In this document: piece after piece, positions 10,402 through 19,791 of the stretch
How positions within the stretch are numbered: position 1 is the stretch's first letter
Layout of the letters: the number at the start of each line of letters is the position of its first letter
IMG/VR virus record: IMGVR_UViG_3300012943_000002
Span: 1-64,000 of that record
Strand: one strand, 5' to 3'
Source of the DNA: a virus
Length of the DNA stretch: 64,000 bases
The notes under the pieces: model-generated
The model's database searches: none
What the model was told of the DNA's origin: nothing
The model's input: the letters and a program-made list of their open reading frames with translations, nothing else
Program-made: the position numbers and the translations under genes

Positions 10402-10464
10402 TATAGTTAGGTTAGGCAAAAAATCAAACTATAATTCAAAGATTATTAACTAAAACGATTAAAT

Positions 10465-11268
10465 ATGTTAGTAGAAGTTAAACCCTTGCCCTTAAAGAAG
10501 TGGCATGGAAAACAAGGTAGAGAGTCTTTTGGACAACCTAAAATAGTAGAAGTATTAATAAATACTGAAACTGGTAGGTATCAAACAGGCTTAACAGAAG
10601 AAGAGGCAGCGCATTATGGTAAGCTATTAGGTGTAGATTTATCAGATACAGTAGAATTTGAAAAGCCTCATCCATATTGGTCAACTAAACCATCTTGGAT
10701 TTCATTACCTAATAGTACTGCTATATTTAATACAGATAAGCCATCAGACTATGTAAAAGTAAAGAACTTGAAGGCTAGTCATAAAGTAGCAAATAGTATG
10801 GAAGCTTGGGAGAATGGAGAATTTCCAAACGCTACTCATGTGATCTTTGATGAAACAGAGGAAGTAGAAAATAAAGCTACAAAAATTGCATTACAACAGA
10901 ATGCAATTGCTTTACTCCCTAAAATGACTCAAGAAGATAAAATAGCAATGGTTACTATTCTATCTGATAAACATAAATCTGTAAGGAATCAAAGCGAAAG
11001 CTTTATTACAGTAGAACTGGATGAGTTGATTAAGAATAAAGCAACAGAGTTTATTAGAGTGGCTAAAATGGGTAGAGAAGAAGTTTCTTTGAGAGCAAAA
11101 ATACTTGATCTAGTAAATGTAAATGTTCTTACTAAGGAAGCTGGTTCTTACTACTACATGGGAGAGCTAATAGGTATGGACTATGAGGATACAGTAGATT
11201 GGTTTAAAAATCCTCAGAATGCCAAGATGAGAGTTATGATGCTTGAAAAACTTGAAAAGAAGGTATAA
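10465..11268 (+). CDS. Conserved crAss-like protein downstream of MCP
   Basis: TGLTEEEA..LGVDLS..PYW motif; position after MCP. Confidence 0.7.
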   Translation: MLVEVKPLPLKKWHGKQGRESFGQPKIVEVLINTETGRYQTGLTEEEAAHYGKLLGVDLSDTVEFEKPHPYWSTKPSWISLPNSTAIFNTDKPSDYVKVKNLKASHKVANSMEAWENGEFPNATHVIFDETEEVENKATKIALQQNAIALLPKMTQEDKIAMVTILSDKHKSVRNQSESFITVELDELIKNKATEFIRVAKMGREEVSLRAKILDLVNVNVLTKEAGSYYYMGELIGMDYEDTVDWFKNPQNAKMRVMMLEKLEKKV

Positions 11269-11278
11269 ATGATATATA

Positions 11279-12001
11279 ATGACTATAAGAGAAATGCATT
11301 ATGATGCTAAACAAAAGCTTAATAAGATAGATAGTCAAAAGTATAGAGATTTATTAATACCTGAGTTAGATTGGAAGTTGAATGAAGCACAAGAGGTCTT
11401 TGTAAAGATTATAGCTGAACCTAGAACAAAGAATGAACTAGGGTTTGAAGTAAATCAAAGGACTATAGATGACATAAGAACTATAGTAGTAGATCAAAAA
11501 CCTACTGAATATATAGTCCCTAGTCAATATGATGATAGTTCTTATATAGCAACCTTACCAGATGATTACTGGTTCTTAGTAAAGACTAAGATAATGGCTA
11601 GTAAAGGTAATTGTAAAAATGTTTTACTGTATGATTCTTCACCTGTTCAACATGATGATGAAACACAGTATGATAAATTTAATAATAGTTCTTTTGAATG
11701 GAGATGTTCTAACTATAGATTTAACAAAGAAGGACTAAGAGTTTTCACAGATGGTTCTTATACTATAGACAAAGTAGGACTAGAGTACTTACAGAGACCT
11801 ATAACGATGTATAATGCAGCAGATTGGGAAGATGGAACTTATAATGGTCTAGATGGGCAGGTTTACACAGGAACACAAGACTGTCAATTGCCAGTAGGAG
11901 TACATAGAGAGATAGTAGATTTAGCAGTACTTATAATAGCTAATGATCTTAATCTACCAAATTATAGCTTAAAGATGAATAAAATAAAAATAATTAACTA
12001 A
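11279..12001 (+). CDS. Tail ring / tubular protein (P22 gp4-like)
   Basis: MH..K.KLNKIDS..ELDWKLNEAQ N-terminus, LPDDY and CQLP..HREIVDLAV C-terminus. Confidence 0.75.
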   Translation: MTIREMHYDAKQKLNKIDSQKYRDLLIPELDWKLNEAQEVFVKIIAEPRTKNELGFEVNQRTIDDIRTIVVDQKPTEYIVPSQYDDSSYIATLPDDYWFLVKTKIMASKGNCKNVLLYDSSPVQHDDETQYDKFNNSSFEWRCSNYRFNKEGLRVFTDGSYTIDKVGLEYLQRPITMYNAADWEDGTYNGLDGQVYTGTQDCQLPVGVHREIVDLAVLIIANDLNLPNYSLKMNKIKIIN

Positions 12002-12014
12002 TAAATCAAGTAAA

Positions 12015-13448
12015 ATGTCAACAGAAAATCCAGTTTTTAAAATACTAGTAACAGCAGGTAATACTGCTCCCTTAGCAGCAGGATTAGGTTTATCATCTCT
12101 TACAGCAGGTAAGATAGGTATATTCAATTCACATACCAATTTATCTGTTGATGGTACTGTAGCTGCCGATTGTAGAGATATTTACCTAGCTGTAGGAACT
12201 AGCGATGGTGATATTGTAAGATCAGCAGGTCAGCTTATACAGAATGTAAATATGAAGGCTATTACATTTAAACCATATCTAGCTTCTGTTCCTAAAATAG
12301 TAGAGATAGGTGGATTTAAAGCAAAATGTAATACAGACTATGCTATTAAAATTGAGTATAGAAATCAACAGGCTTATGGTTCATTTGGTTATAATGGATT
12401 GAAAAATACTTATAACTATACTACAGGCTGTTGTGCTGATACTTGTGATACTTGTGATTCATCTAACAGTAATGGTGCTGAGTTGGCTACAGGTTTGGTA
12501 GCAAATATCAATGCTGATCCTAATCAGTTAGTTGTAGCTTCTCTGTTTGCTTATAAGATTAATTGGACTGTAGGTGCTGCTGCCGCTGCCGCTGGTACAG
12601 TAACATTTACAGTAGGTTCTGAGACTTTCAATACAGTAGTTGCAAGTGGTGATAGTGTATCAGTTGTAGCTGGTAAAATGGTAGCAACCATTAACTCTAC
12701 TACTACTTCTGGATATACTGCTACCAATGTAGCAGGGGTAGTAACTGTATATCCTAAATCTACTAAAACCGCTGACACAGCTACAGCAGCTTTAGTATCA
12801 GCAGGTGGAACTTCTGTAACAATGACTACTATTACTCATGCAAATGGAGATATAGCAGATGGAGCAGCTTTCCAAGTTTCTTATCCCGGTGCTGGTTTAG
12901 CAATCAGGCTTACTACAGCAAATGGTACTAACACACCTTTCAATGGTAATATACCTGTTAAGTTCTATAATGCTAAAGAAACTGATATTATTGTTTCTTT
13001 GGTTGAAAACTTTAGCTGCAATGGTACAGTAACTACTATCCAGAATCTACAGTTTGAAGATGGTAATGGAATTAACTTGGCTTATGATGAATATGTTGCA
13101 GGTGGATGGGATGGTAAACCCGGACCTTATAGGACTAGTGCTGTAACTGGTTTACAAAAAGGTAGTTATGATGGCTATGTAGATAAAGCAGCTAATTACA
13201 ATACAATAGTACTTGAATACGATCAGTTTTCAGTAGGTGGATGGCAAGAATACCGTAACAATTTAAGAACTGTTATAGCCATTCCTTGTGCTGATGCTAC
13301 TACACTAGCTGGCTTAGTTGGATTCTTAGATGCTATCTTTACTCAGTTTGGTCCAATGACCAATGATGCAACTGGTATAGATTGTACTAATACAAATGTT
13401 ACAACGATAAATGACTATACTAAAGATGGTATCGAAATTCTTGCCTAA
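12015..13448 (+). CDS. Structural protein, probable auxiliary capsid protein
   Basis: 477 aa, beta/Thr-rich; last gene before a strong terminator in the capsid block; synteny with crAss-like auxiliary capsid genes. Confidence 0.55.
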   Translation: MSTENPVFKILVTAGNTAPLAAGLGLSSLTAGKIGIFNSHTNLSVDGTVAADCRDIYLAVGTSDGDIVRSAGQLIQNVNMKAITFKPYLASVPKIVEIGGFKAKCNTDYAIKIEYRNQQAYGSFGYNGLKNTYNYTTGCCADTCDTCDSSNSNGAELATGLVANINADPNQLVVASLFAYKINWTVGAAAAAAGTVTFTVGSETFNTVVASGDSVSVVAGKMVATINSTTTSGYTATNVAGVVTVYPKSTKTADTATAALVSAGGTSVTMTTITHANGDIADGAAFQVSYPGAGLAIRLTTANGTNTPFNGNIPVKFYNAKETDIIVSLVENFSCNGTVTTIQNLQFEDGNGINLAYDEYVAGGWDGKPGPYRTSAVTGLQKGSYDGYVDKAANYNTIVLEYDQFSVGGWQEYRNNLRTVIAIPCADATTLAGLVGFLDAIFTQFGPMTNDATGIDCTNTNVTTINDYTKDGIEILA

Positions 13449-13477
13449 TCTGTGTTTTTAATCTTTGAATTTTGAAG

Positions 13478-13502
13478 AGGGGGAGGTAACTCCCCTTTTT
13501 TT
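13478..13502 (+). terminator. Rho-independent terminator
   Basis: AGGGGGAG-GTAA-CTCCCCTT with a GNRA loop, followed by a T run. Confidence 0.9.
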
Positions 13503-13513
13503 AAATCTTTAAA

Positions 13514-14061
13514 ATGACAATAAACTATTTACCTTAGATAAAATAATAACTGTAGTAGCTACGGAAATAGAAGATTTCATAACTAATATAGTAGATTATA
13601 CTGGACTAACTTTAAATATAAATATTAATTGTGTAACTAGTAGTACTGAATTAGTTATTAATACTACTGATATACTAGATAACACTAAGAATGTATATAT
13701 AGAGAATAATATACTATATATTAAACCTGAATCCATAGGTGGTGCTTCTTCTTTTATAGATGGTATCTATGATCTAAGTATTAAGTTTAATAAGGAGAGT
13801 GGTTATATAAAAATATCTAACTGTTACTTCGTAGATGTTACTTTTAAATGTAAGGTAGCAAGTCTTTTACAAAATATTATAGCAGAAAATAAGGCTGGTA
13901 ATACTGAAAAGGTATCTACTATAGTCCACTTATTGCATTATAGTTTAGTAAATGGAAGTAATTGTGGATGTAATTGTCAAGAACTGTGTGATGTTTTCTA
14001 TGGATTATCAGACTTACTATTAAATATTGACACTAAATTAGTTAATGACTGTGGCTGCTAA
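13514..14061 (+). CDS. Tail-hub-like Cys-rich structural protein with a -1 frame discontinuity after codon 7; not in ORF track
   Basis: ATG 13514 reads MTINYLP*. The -1 frame is open 13513-14061 (LDKIITVVATEIEDF...FIDGIYDLSIKF...NCYF...CGCNC...DCGC*). Confidence 0.75.
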
Positions 14062-14626
14062 ATGTAATATAACTTCTTCTGCATTAAAAGTACTTAATGA
14101 ATTATATTGGGGAACTAAGGATAATACAGTAGATGATGTGATACTAGAGAATTATGCAGAAAGTTTAGGTTGTTCAGTAATGAATATATGTAATGAAGAT
14201 AACTGTATTAATTTAACAGAGACTCTCAATTGTGCTTTAGTTCTTAGTAAAATATCAGTAACTACAGACTTAAATACAGCTACTTTTTTTATAGCCGATG
14301 GAGATTTAACAGGAGGAAAAAGTCCATATAAATATACTTGGAGCTATGAAGAAGAAGATTTTGATAATAGTGGAGAAGTAGATATAGATGAAGCTGTATT
14401 AACAGTTAAACTAGGCAAAAAGTTGGATTTACTTGTATCTTTAGTAAGTGTAAACATAGTAGATGATAATGGGTGTATAGTTAATAAGGGTTGTTATATT
14501 ACTCCAACTGGAATGCAATGTGCTACAGACTATGTAAGTTGTCCTAATGTAACTGGACTTGTAGTTAATAATAAAGTAACAAAATGTTTTGGTGTAAGTG
14601 GCTTAATAGTAAATAAAAAATTATAA
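14045..14626 (+). CDS. Cys-rich structural protein (tail hub region)
   Basis: GGKSPYKYTWS and VDDNGC (SprB/Ig-like strand motifs); many Cys. Confidence 0.6.
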   Translation: MTVAAKCNITSSALKVLNELYWGTKDNTVDDVILENYAESLGCSVMNICNEDNCINLTETLNCALVLSKISVTTDLNTATFFIADGDLTGGKSPYKYTWSYEEEDFDNSGEVDIDEAVLTVKLGKKLDLLVSLVSVNIVDDNGCIVNKGCYITPTGMQCATDYVSCPNVTGLVVNNKVTKCFGVSGLIVNKKL

Positions 14627-15238
14627 ATGGCTCAATTTACTCTTATATGGAATAGTGATAGTTTAGCTACTAATGCTAACGCAACTAGCCAGAATGCATT
14701 ATATAGATATAGATTAGTAGGTGGAAGTTATATATCAGCAGGATTTACTCCTTCTAACCCATTAGGTATTTCTGCTACTACTTCTGATTCTCCTGTACTA
14801 GATACTAATAAAGTAATACAATTTAAAGTACAAGCTATTTGTACAGCTAATGGACCAACAGATAATGATAATGGAGTAGTAGAAGTGATAGAATTTGCAG
14901 CTATAGTACCGACTATAACAAAAGATACTGATTCATCTGATATAGTACTAAATGTAACTGGATTTGATATAACTAAAGCTAAGTTCACACTTAGGAAAGC
15001 TTCAGATAATTCTATAGTAGGAACACCTACAATTGTAAATAAATCTGGCTCTTCAATATCTTTTTCTCAAAGTTCATTATCATATAGCACAAACTACTAT
15101 TGGCAAGTAGAATTATATGCTACTGTAAATAGTATAGATACAGTTAGTGAAGTATTTTCACCTTACCCATTTACTACAGATGCGCCAGCAGTTTGTGATC
15201 CTGTAACAGCAATGACAATCACTTCTATTGAAGTATAG
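14627..15238 (+). CDS. Tandem FN3-like structural protein
   Basis: FTLIWN...YRY...IQFKVQAIC and LSYSTNYYWQV..FTT fibronectin-III-like patterns. Confidence 0.6.
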   Translation: MAQFTLIWNSDSLATNANATSQNALYRYRLVGGSYISAGFTPSNPLGISATTSDSPVLDTNKVIQFKVQAICTANGPTDNDNGVVEVIEFAAIVPTITKDTDSSDIVLNVTGFDITKAKFTLRKASDNSIVGTPTIVNKSGSSISFSQSSLSYSTNYYWQVELYATVNSIDTVSEVFSPYPFTTDAPAVCDPVTAMTITSIEV

Positions 15239-15249
15239 AAAATAAAATT

Positions 15250-15426
15250 ATGATACACATATTAATAACAATTTTAATAGTTTTGATAATAATGGGTCTT
15301 TTAATTTATATTGTTAAATTATTGCCTATACCTGATCCATCTTACTTAAAAACTTTACTTATTATACTAGTAGTGATAGCTACTATAGTGTATTTATTAA
15401 ATGTAATGGGATATAAACTTAATTAA
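15250..15426 (+). CDS. Small two-TM membrane protein (Thivi_2564-like), not in ORF track
   Basis: Manual translation MIHILITILIVLIIMGLLIYIVKLLPIPDPSYLKTLLIILVVIATIVYLLNVMGYKLN*; abuts the next ATG. Confidence 0.7.
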   Translation: MIHILITILIVLIIMGLLIYIVKLLPIPDPSYLKTLLIILVVIATIVYLLNVMGYKLN

Positions 15427-16449
15427 ATGGTAGAGATAACATTAGATAATATAGTTCCTAGTGCAGCCCCTACAGATGGCTGGATAGTTAAATATAGAAT
15501 TAAAGGTTCTACTGGAGCATTTATAACTGCTACAGGCTCTCCATTTAGTGCCTTCCCTATAGTTTTTAATACTACTGATCCAGCAGGTACTCTGTATGAA
15601 GTAAATATACAGAATGATTGTGATTATGCTCAAAGTACAGTTTTTACTGGAACAACTCCATGTGAATGTGTTGGTAGTGGATACACTCCTGTTGTAGATG
15701 GTTCTAAATGTGGTAAGACTACTACTATAGGAGCTACTGTTACTAATTCAGGATATTGTTTAGCTTCATCTACTAATTCAGCTTATTCTAATTATGGTGC
15801 TAGAATATATAATACAGGTTTTACTTTGTCTACAATATTATTAAACCAAGGTACACCTGATACTCATATATATGGTAGTATGAACAATAATCCTCAGTGG
15901 GCTAATCCTGCTGTGAATACTACTAGTGGACCTATGAATAGAGAAGGGGTATGGATAGATAGTGATTGTGACGGAAATAAAGATGCTCTAGGTTCTGGAG
16001 TGCAAACTACTATATCAGCAGTATATAATAATATAGGAGCAGCTAGAACAGTATTTATAGGAGTAGGAGCAGACAATCAGTTTAAGATAGTATTTAATGG
16101 AGCAGTTGTAGTAGATACTGGTACATCTGGTGGAGTTAACCAATTTAAAATATGGCATTTAATTCCTGTAACTTTAAATGTTGGAGCAAATTATTTTAAC
16201 CTTATAGCTACAGGAGATGGAAGTATAAACGATTCTATGGCAATGGTTATATATGATAATACAGCAGCACAGCTATTAGCTTCTACATCAGATTCTTCTT
16301 TATCCATACTATTTAAAAGTAGTAATTTAAGAGGAACTACTTTTGATGTAGCTACCTGTCCATCAGGATATTCTCTAGATAGTTCAGGTGGTAGTGGAAG
16401 CTATGTATGTGTTAAAACAGAATTTAAAATTTGTAATAGCATAAGCTAA
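15427..16449 (+). CDS. Structural/fibre-associated protein: FN3-like plus lectin/PA14-like domain
   Basis: WIVKYR..YEVNIQNDC; IGVGADNQFKIVFNG; flanking CxxGY..C motifs. Confidence 0.55.
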   Translation: MVEITLDNIVPSAAPTDGWIVKYRIKGSTGAFITATGSPFSAFPIVFNTTDPAGTLYEVNIQNDCDYAQSTVFTGTTPCECVGSGYTPVVDGSKCGKTTTIGATVTNSGYCLASSTNSAYSNYGARIYNTGFTLSTILLNQGTPDTHIYGSMNNNPQWANPAVNTTSGPMNREGVWIDSDCDGNKDALGSGVQTTISAVYNNIGAARTVFIGVGADNQFKIVFNGAVVVDTGTSGGVNQFKIWHLIPVTLNVGANYFNLIATGDGSINDSMAMVIYDNTAAQLLASTSDSSLSILFKSSNLRGTTFDVATCPSGYSLDSSGGSGSYVCVKTEFKICNSIS

Positions 16450-16679
16450 TGATGAACTTAGAAAAAGAATTAATAACACTTAAATACAAAATATGCTTAC
16501 TTGAAAATCAGTGTGGCAATTGTATTGATGTAGTTTTTAATTTTGCAGAAATAGTAGTAGTAGGTGGCAAAAGGAAGTTTATATATGTTATACAGGATGA
16601 AATTAATAATAACGATTCCTCTTTATATATTTATACAGGAGTAGAGCTTAAATTTTTAATGACAGTTCCAGTAATATGA
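16449..16679 (+). CDS. Small hypothetical structural protein
   Basis: Coiled N-terminus, CGNC, short beta domain; overlaps both neighbours. Confidence 0.55.
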   Translation: MMNLEKELITLKYKICLLENQCGNCIDVVFNFAEIVVVGGKRKFIYVIQDEINNNDSSLYIYTGVELKFLMTVPVI

Positions 16680-17659
16680 AAAAATTAGTATTAAACATAG
16701 TTCTTATACTTATTTCTATACTAGCTTATAGTCAGGCAGAAACTATATATAAAGTTGAAGATATACCAGCATTAAAACTTTATTATGGTAATTCTACTAG
16801 ACTTAGAGTAGTAGTTGAAAATAGAGATTATACACAATGTTCTAGTTGTATAGTTAATGATAGTACTATATATGCTGGAGCTAGTGGTAGAAAATGGCAA
16901 AGAATGAGTACAATAGATAGTAGTCATGACTTTGTTCCCGGTGGACCTATAACTTCTAATGATATAATAGGATTTAATCCAGGCACTGGTATTACTACTA
17001 GTACATTTATACAAAATGTTTTTTATCAATCACAAGCCCCTATAGCTACTTTAACAGGTGGTTTAACTCTTGAACTTAGAAGTAGCCAAACAATGAATTA
17101 TACTTTGAATTGGTCAGCAGGTAGATTATTAGCAACAAAAACATTACAAAATATTATAGTAGCAGGACAAACAGAGTCATTTACTCAACCTTCTGCTCCC
17201 GGAACAGTGTCAGGAACACAAGATGTTTCATTCCCTGCAAATACAGATATTACTTATAGTAATGTAGTGACTACAACAGATAGTAAAAGCACAACAGCAA
17301 CAACAACATTTGCATTTTTACCTAAAAGATATTATGGATGGATAAGTACTTCTGATACAGCAGGAATAGGAACTTTTGGATATGATGATTCAAAGATAAC
17401 AGCTTTAAATGGTGAACTTTCTCCATCAAAAATTAAGACATGGAATACAGGAAATCCAACAGGAACACAGATTTATGTGTATGCTTATTATTATACAGCA
17501 GGTAATCTAAACAATCTTATTCTGAATGGATTTAATTCATTAGATGCTTTTAATGTGATTCAGAGACAATTTACTAATGCTTTAGGATTTACAGGTCAAT
17601 GGATAATATATTGGAATAAAAATGGACAAACCTTATCAAGTGATGTAATCGCAAATTAA
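16676..17659 (+). CDS. Signal-peptide-bearing fibre/spike-like protein
   Basis: MKKLVLNIVLILISILAYS|Q; VEDIPALK...GRKWQR resembles tailspike N-terminal domains; FLPKRYYG beta domain. Confidence 0.65.
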   Translation: MKKLVLNIVLILISILAYSQAETIYKVEDIPALKLYYGNSTRLRVVVENRDYTQCSSCIVNDSTIYAGASGRKWQRMSTIDSSHDFVPGGPITSNDIIGFNPGTGITTSTFIQNVFYQSQAPIATLTGGLTLELRSSQTMNYTLNWSAGRLLATKTLQNIIVAGQTESFTQPSAPGTVSGTQDVSFPANTDITYSNVVTTTDSKSTTATTTFAFLPKRYYGWISTSDTAGIGTFGYDDSKITALNGELSPSKIKTWNTGNPTGTQIYVYAYYYTAGNLNNLILNGFNSLDAFNVIQRQFTNALGFTGQWIIYWNKNGQTLSSDVIAN

Positions 17660-19534
17660 ATGAAAAGACTATTAACTATACTACTATTATTATTTATTGT
17701 AAATCTATCTTTTGCACAGGTAAAAGTTGGTAGTCAAGGTGATATAATTGCAACAGGTAATTATCCAGTTGTAAAAAGTGGTGCTGTAAAAGGTGGCTTA
17801 CACCTATTCCACACTATAATAGAAAGAAATTCTTTACCCACCAATTTTAGAGATACAGGAATGCTTGCTTATGTGATAGATTCTGCAAAATTTTATTATC
17901 TAAATAATAGCATTAATAATACCGCATGGACTGAATGGCAAGGAAGTGGTGGTGGAGGCGGTAGTGGATGCACTACATTTTATGTTACTGCTGATAGTCT
18001 TTATTTTGTTAGGGATAGTTGTGGGGTATTGGATAGTACAGAGATTGTCGGAGATGGAAGTAGTGGTGGTGGTAGTAGCGTAGATTCAACTACTGCAAGT
18101 AATGGATTAACATTAATAGGTAAAGATGTACAATTGGGGGGAGCATCATCTATTGGAGCTACAATAACTTTTTCTAATAATAAGGGACTTTTATTAAGGA
18201 GAAGTGGTGTAGGTGATGTCTCTCCTATTACTCTGGATATACTAACTCCATCATCAACCGCTATAAAAGTACAATCAGGAACCGGCACAGCAATTAATGC
18301 TATATCAACTTCAAATACAGCTATCAGTGCTATATCTTATTCTGGAACTGGAGGTATGTCAGCAATTCAAGGTATCGGAGATAACACTGCTACTGGCGTT
18401 GTTGGTCAATCCTATAATGGTATGGGCGTGGCTGCATATTCGAGTTTCGGAGTACCTCTTTATGTAGGTTCATTAGGTGGAAATAGTCCTTTGATTACTC
18501 CTTTGATTAGTATAAATAGGGTTACAGGGGTGGGTGTTAATGGATTAGGAGCATCCATTGATTTCACTATTAGTAAGACAGACGGTTTTCCCGGATTATC
18601 TAATCAATTGATTTCAAAGTTAACTGGTGGAGGAAGTAACCCAACATCCGAATTTTCAATCACAGGAGTAAATAGTGGAGTTACAAATACTTTAATAACT
18701 CTTAATGGAGATGGTTCTGCTAAATTAAATAAATACGGGCAAAATTTATTCACGGGAACACTTGCAAAATCATTAGGTGTAGATGCAAGCGGAAATGTTA
18801 TTGAATATGATGTAAGCGGTGGTAGTGGAGAAACTACTCATGCCAATAATGGAGTAAGCCTTTCTGGAGACACTGTACAATTAGGTGGAACATTAACTAA
18901 AAATACTACAATAACTTCTAATGGTTATAGTTTAACTATAAATAATACTACAAACAATGTTACGCCTTTTGTGGTTACTACAAATGCAACTTCTGCAAAC
19001 GCTATTGAAGGGATAGGAACAGGTACTTCTTCAACTGGAGTATCTGGAACTGGAGCGCAAAAAGGTGTTTACGGTTTTTCATCTGGAGGTTATGGATTAT
19101 ACGGTGAATCTACAGGGGGACCGGGGTTATTCGCGAGGTCAACTAATCAATCAAGTGGTCAATTTTCAAGGGTTAATTCTTCTACAAATACAGTATTACA
19201 AAACTTATATTTAGAACGTACTACAACAGGAACTGCTGGAAATGGTATTGGTCAATTGATAGGATTTACTACTTCAACATCAAACAATTTAAGAGTATCA
19301 AATGAATTAATTTCTAAATGGACTGATGCTACTGATGCTACTCGCACTTCTGAGTTTTCAATTACAGGTGTAAATTCTGCAACAACAACAACCTTACTTA
19401 AAATATCAGGAGCAGGTGTATTTACATTAGTACAAGGGCTTACAAATTATACAGATAATGCAGCAGCAATAACTGGAGGATTAACAGTAGGTCAGTTATA
19501 CCGAAATGGAGATATAGTTCAAATAGTTCATTAA
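17660..19534 (+). CDS. Signal-peptide-bearing fibre-like protein with internal duplication
   Basis: MKRLLTILLLLFIVNLSFA|Q; KGG..ERNSLP..GMLAYV phage fibre motif; Gly linkers; beta-roll repeats; C-terminal NAAAITGGLTVGQLYRNG. Confidence 0.7.
   Translation: MKRLLTILLLLFIVNLSFAQVKVGSQGDIIATGNYPVVKSGAVKGGLHLFHTIIERNSLPTNFRDTGMLAYVIDSAKFYYLNNSINNTAWTEWQGSGGGGGSGCTTFYVTADSLYFVRDSCGVLDSTEIVGDGSSGGGSSVDSTTASNGLTLIGKDVQLGGASSIGATITFSNNKGLLLRRSGVGDVSPITLDILTPSSTAIKVQSGTGTAINAISTSNTAISAISYSGTGGMSAIQGIGDNTATGVVGQSYNGMGVAAYSSFGVPLYVGSLGGNSPLITPLISINRVTGVGVNGLGASIDFTISKTDGFPGLSNQLISKLTGGGSNPTSEFSITGVNSGVTNTLITLNGDGSAKLNKYGQNLFTGTLAKSLGVDASGNVIEYDVSGGSGETTHANNGVSLSGDTVQLGGTLTKNTTITSNGYSLTINNTTNNVTPFVVTTNATSANAIEGIGTGTSSTGVSGTGAQKGVYGFSSGGYGLYGESTGGPGLFARSTNQSSGQFSRVNSSTNTVLQNLYLERTTTGTAGNGIGQLIGFTTSTSNNLRVSNELISKWTDATDATRTSEFSITGVNSATTTTLLKISGAGVFTLVQGLTNYTDNAAAITGGLTVGQLYRNGDIVQIVH
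18090..19420 (+). repeat. Two diverged tandem copies of a ~240-aa module
   Basis: ASNGLTLIGKDVQLGG (~18095) vs ANNGVSLSGDTVQLGG (~18842); SNQLISK..TSEFSITGVNS (~18600-18676) vs SNELISK..TSEFSITGVNS (~19298-19378). Confidence 0.8.
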
Positions 19535-19542
19535 AATATAGT

Positions 19543-19791
19543 ATGAAAAAAAATTTAATCATAGCAGCGATTTTATTTACTCTTTCAGCATCAGCACAAA
19601 AGAAAGATAGCACCTATGACATTAAGCTAAATGAAAGCCAGATTCAGATGTTCTATAAAACATTAGAAGTGAGTAAGCAAGCTATTCAGCAATCAACAAT
19701 ACTTATGAACACAGGAATCGAAACTATAAAAGAAGTGGATAGTTTACAGGCGGTAATTCGTAAAGTTTATATTGATAAAAATAAGAAATGA
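19543..19791 (+). CDS. Small exported helical protein (possible fibre chaperone)
   Basis: MKKNLIIAAILFTLSASA|Q; YDIKLNESQIQMFYKTL helical hairpin pattern. Confidence 0.6.
   Translation: MKKNLIIAAILFTLSASAQKKDSTYDIKLNESQIQMFYKTLEVSKQAIQQSTILMNTGIETIKEVDSLQAVIRKVYIDKNKK

Noticed and set aside
12015-13448. Contractile tail sheath
   Set aside because: Only a short insert is sheath-like. There is no tube, baseplate or tape measure gene, and the layout is podoviral.
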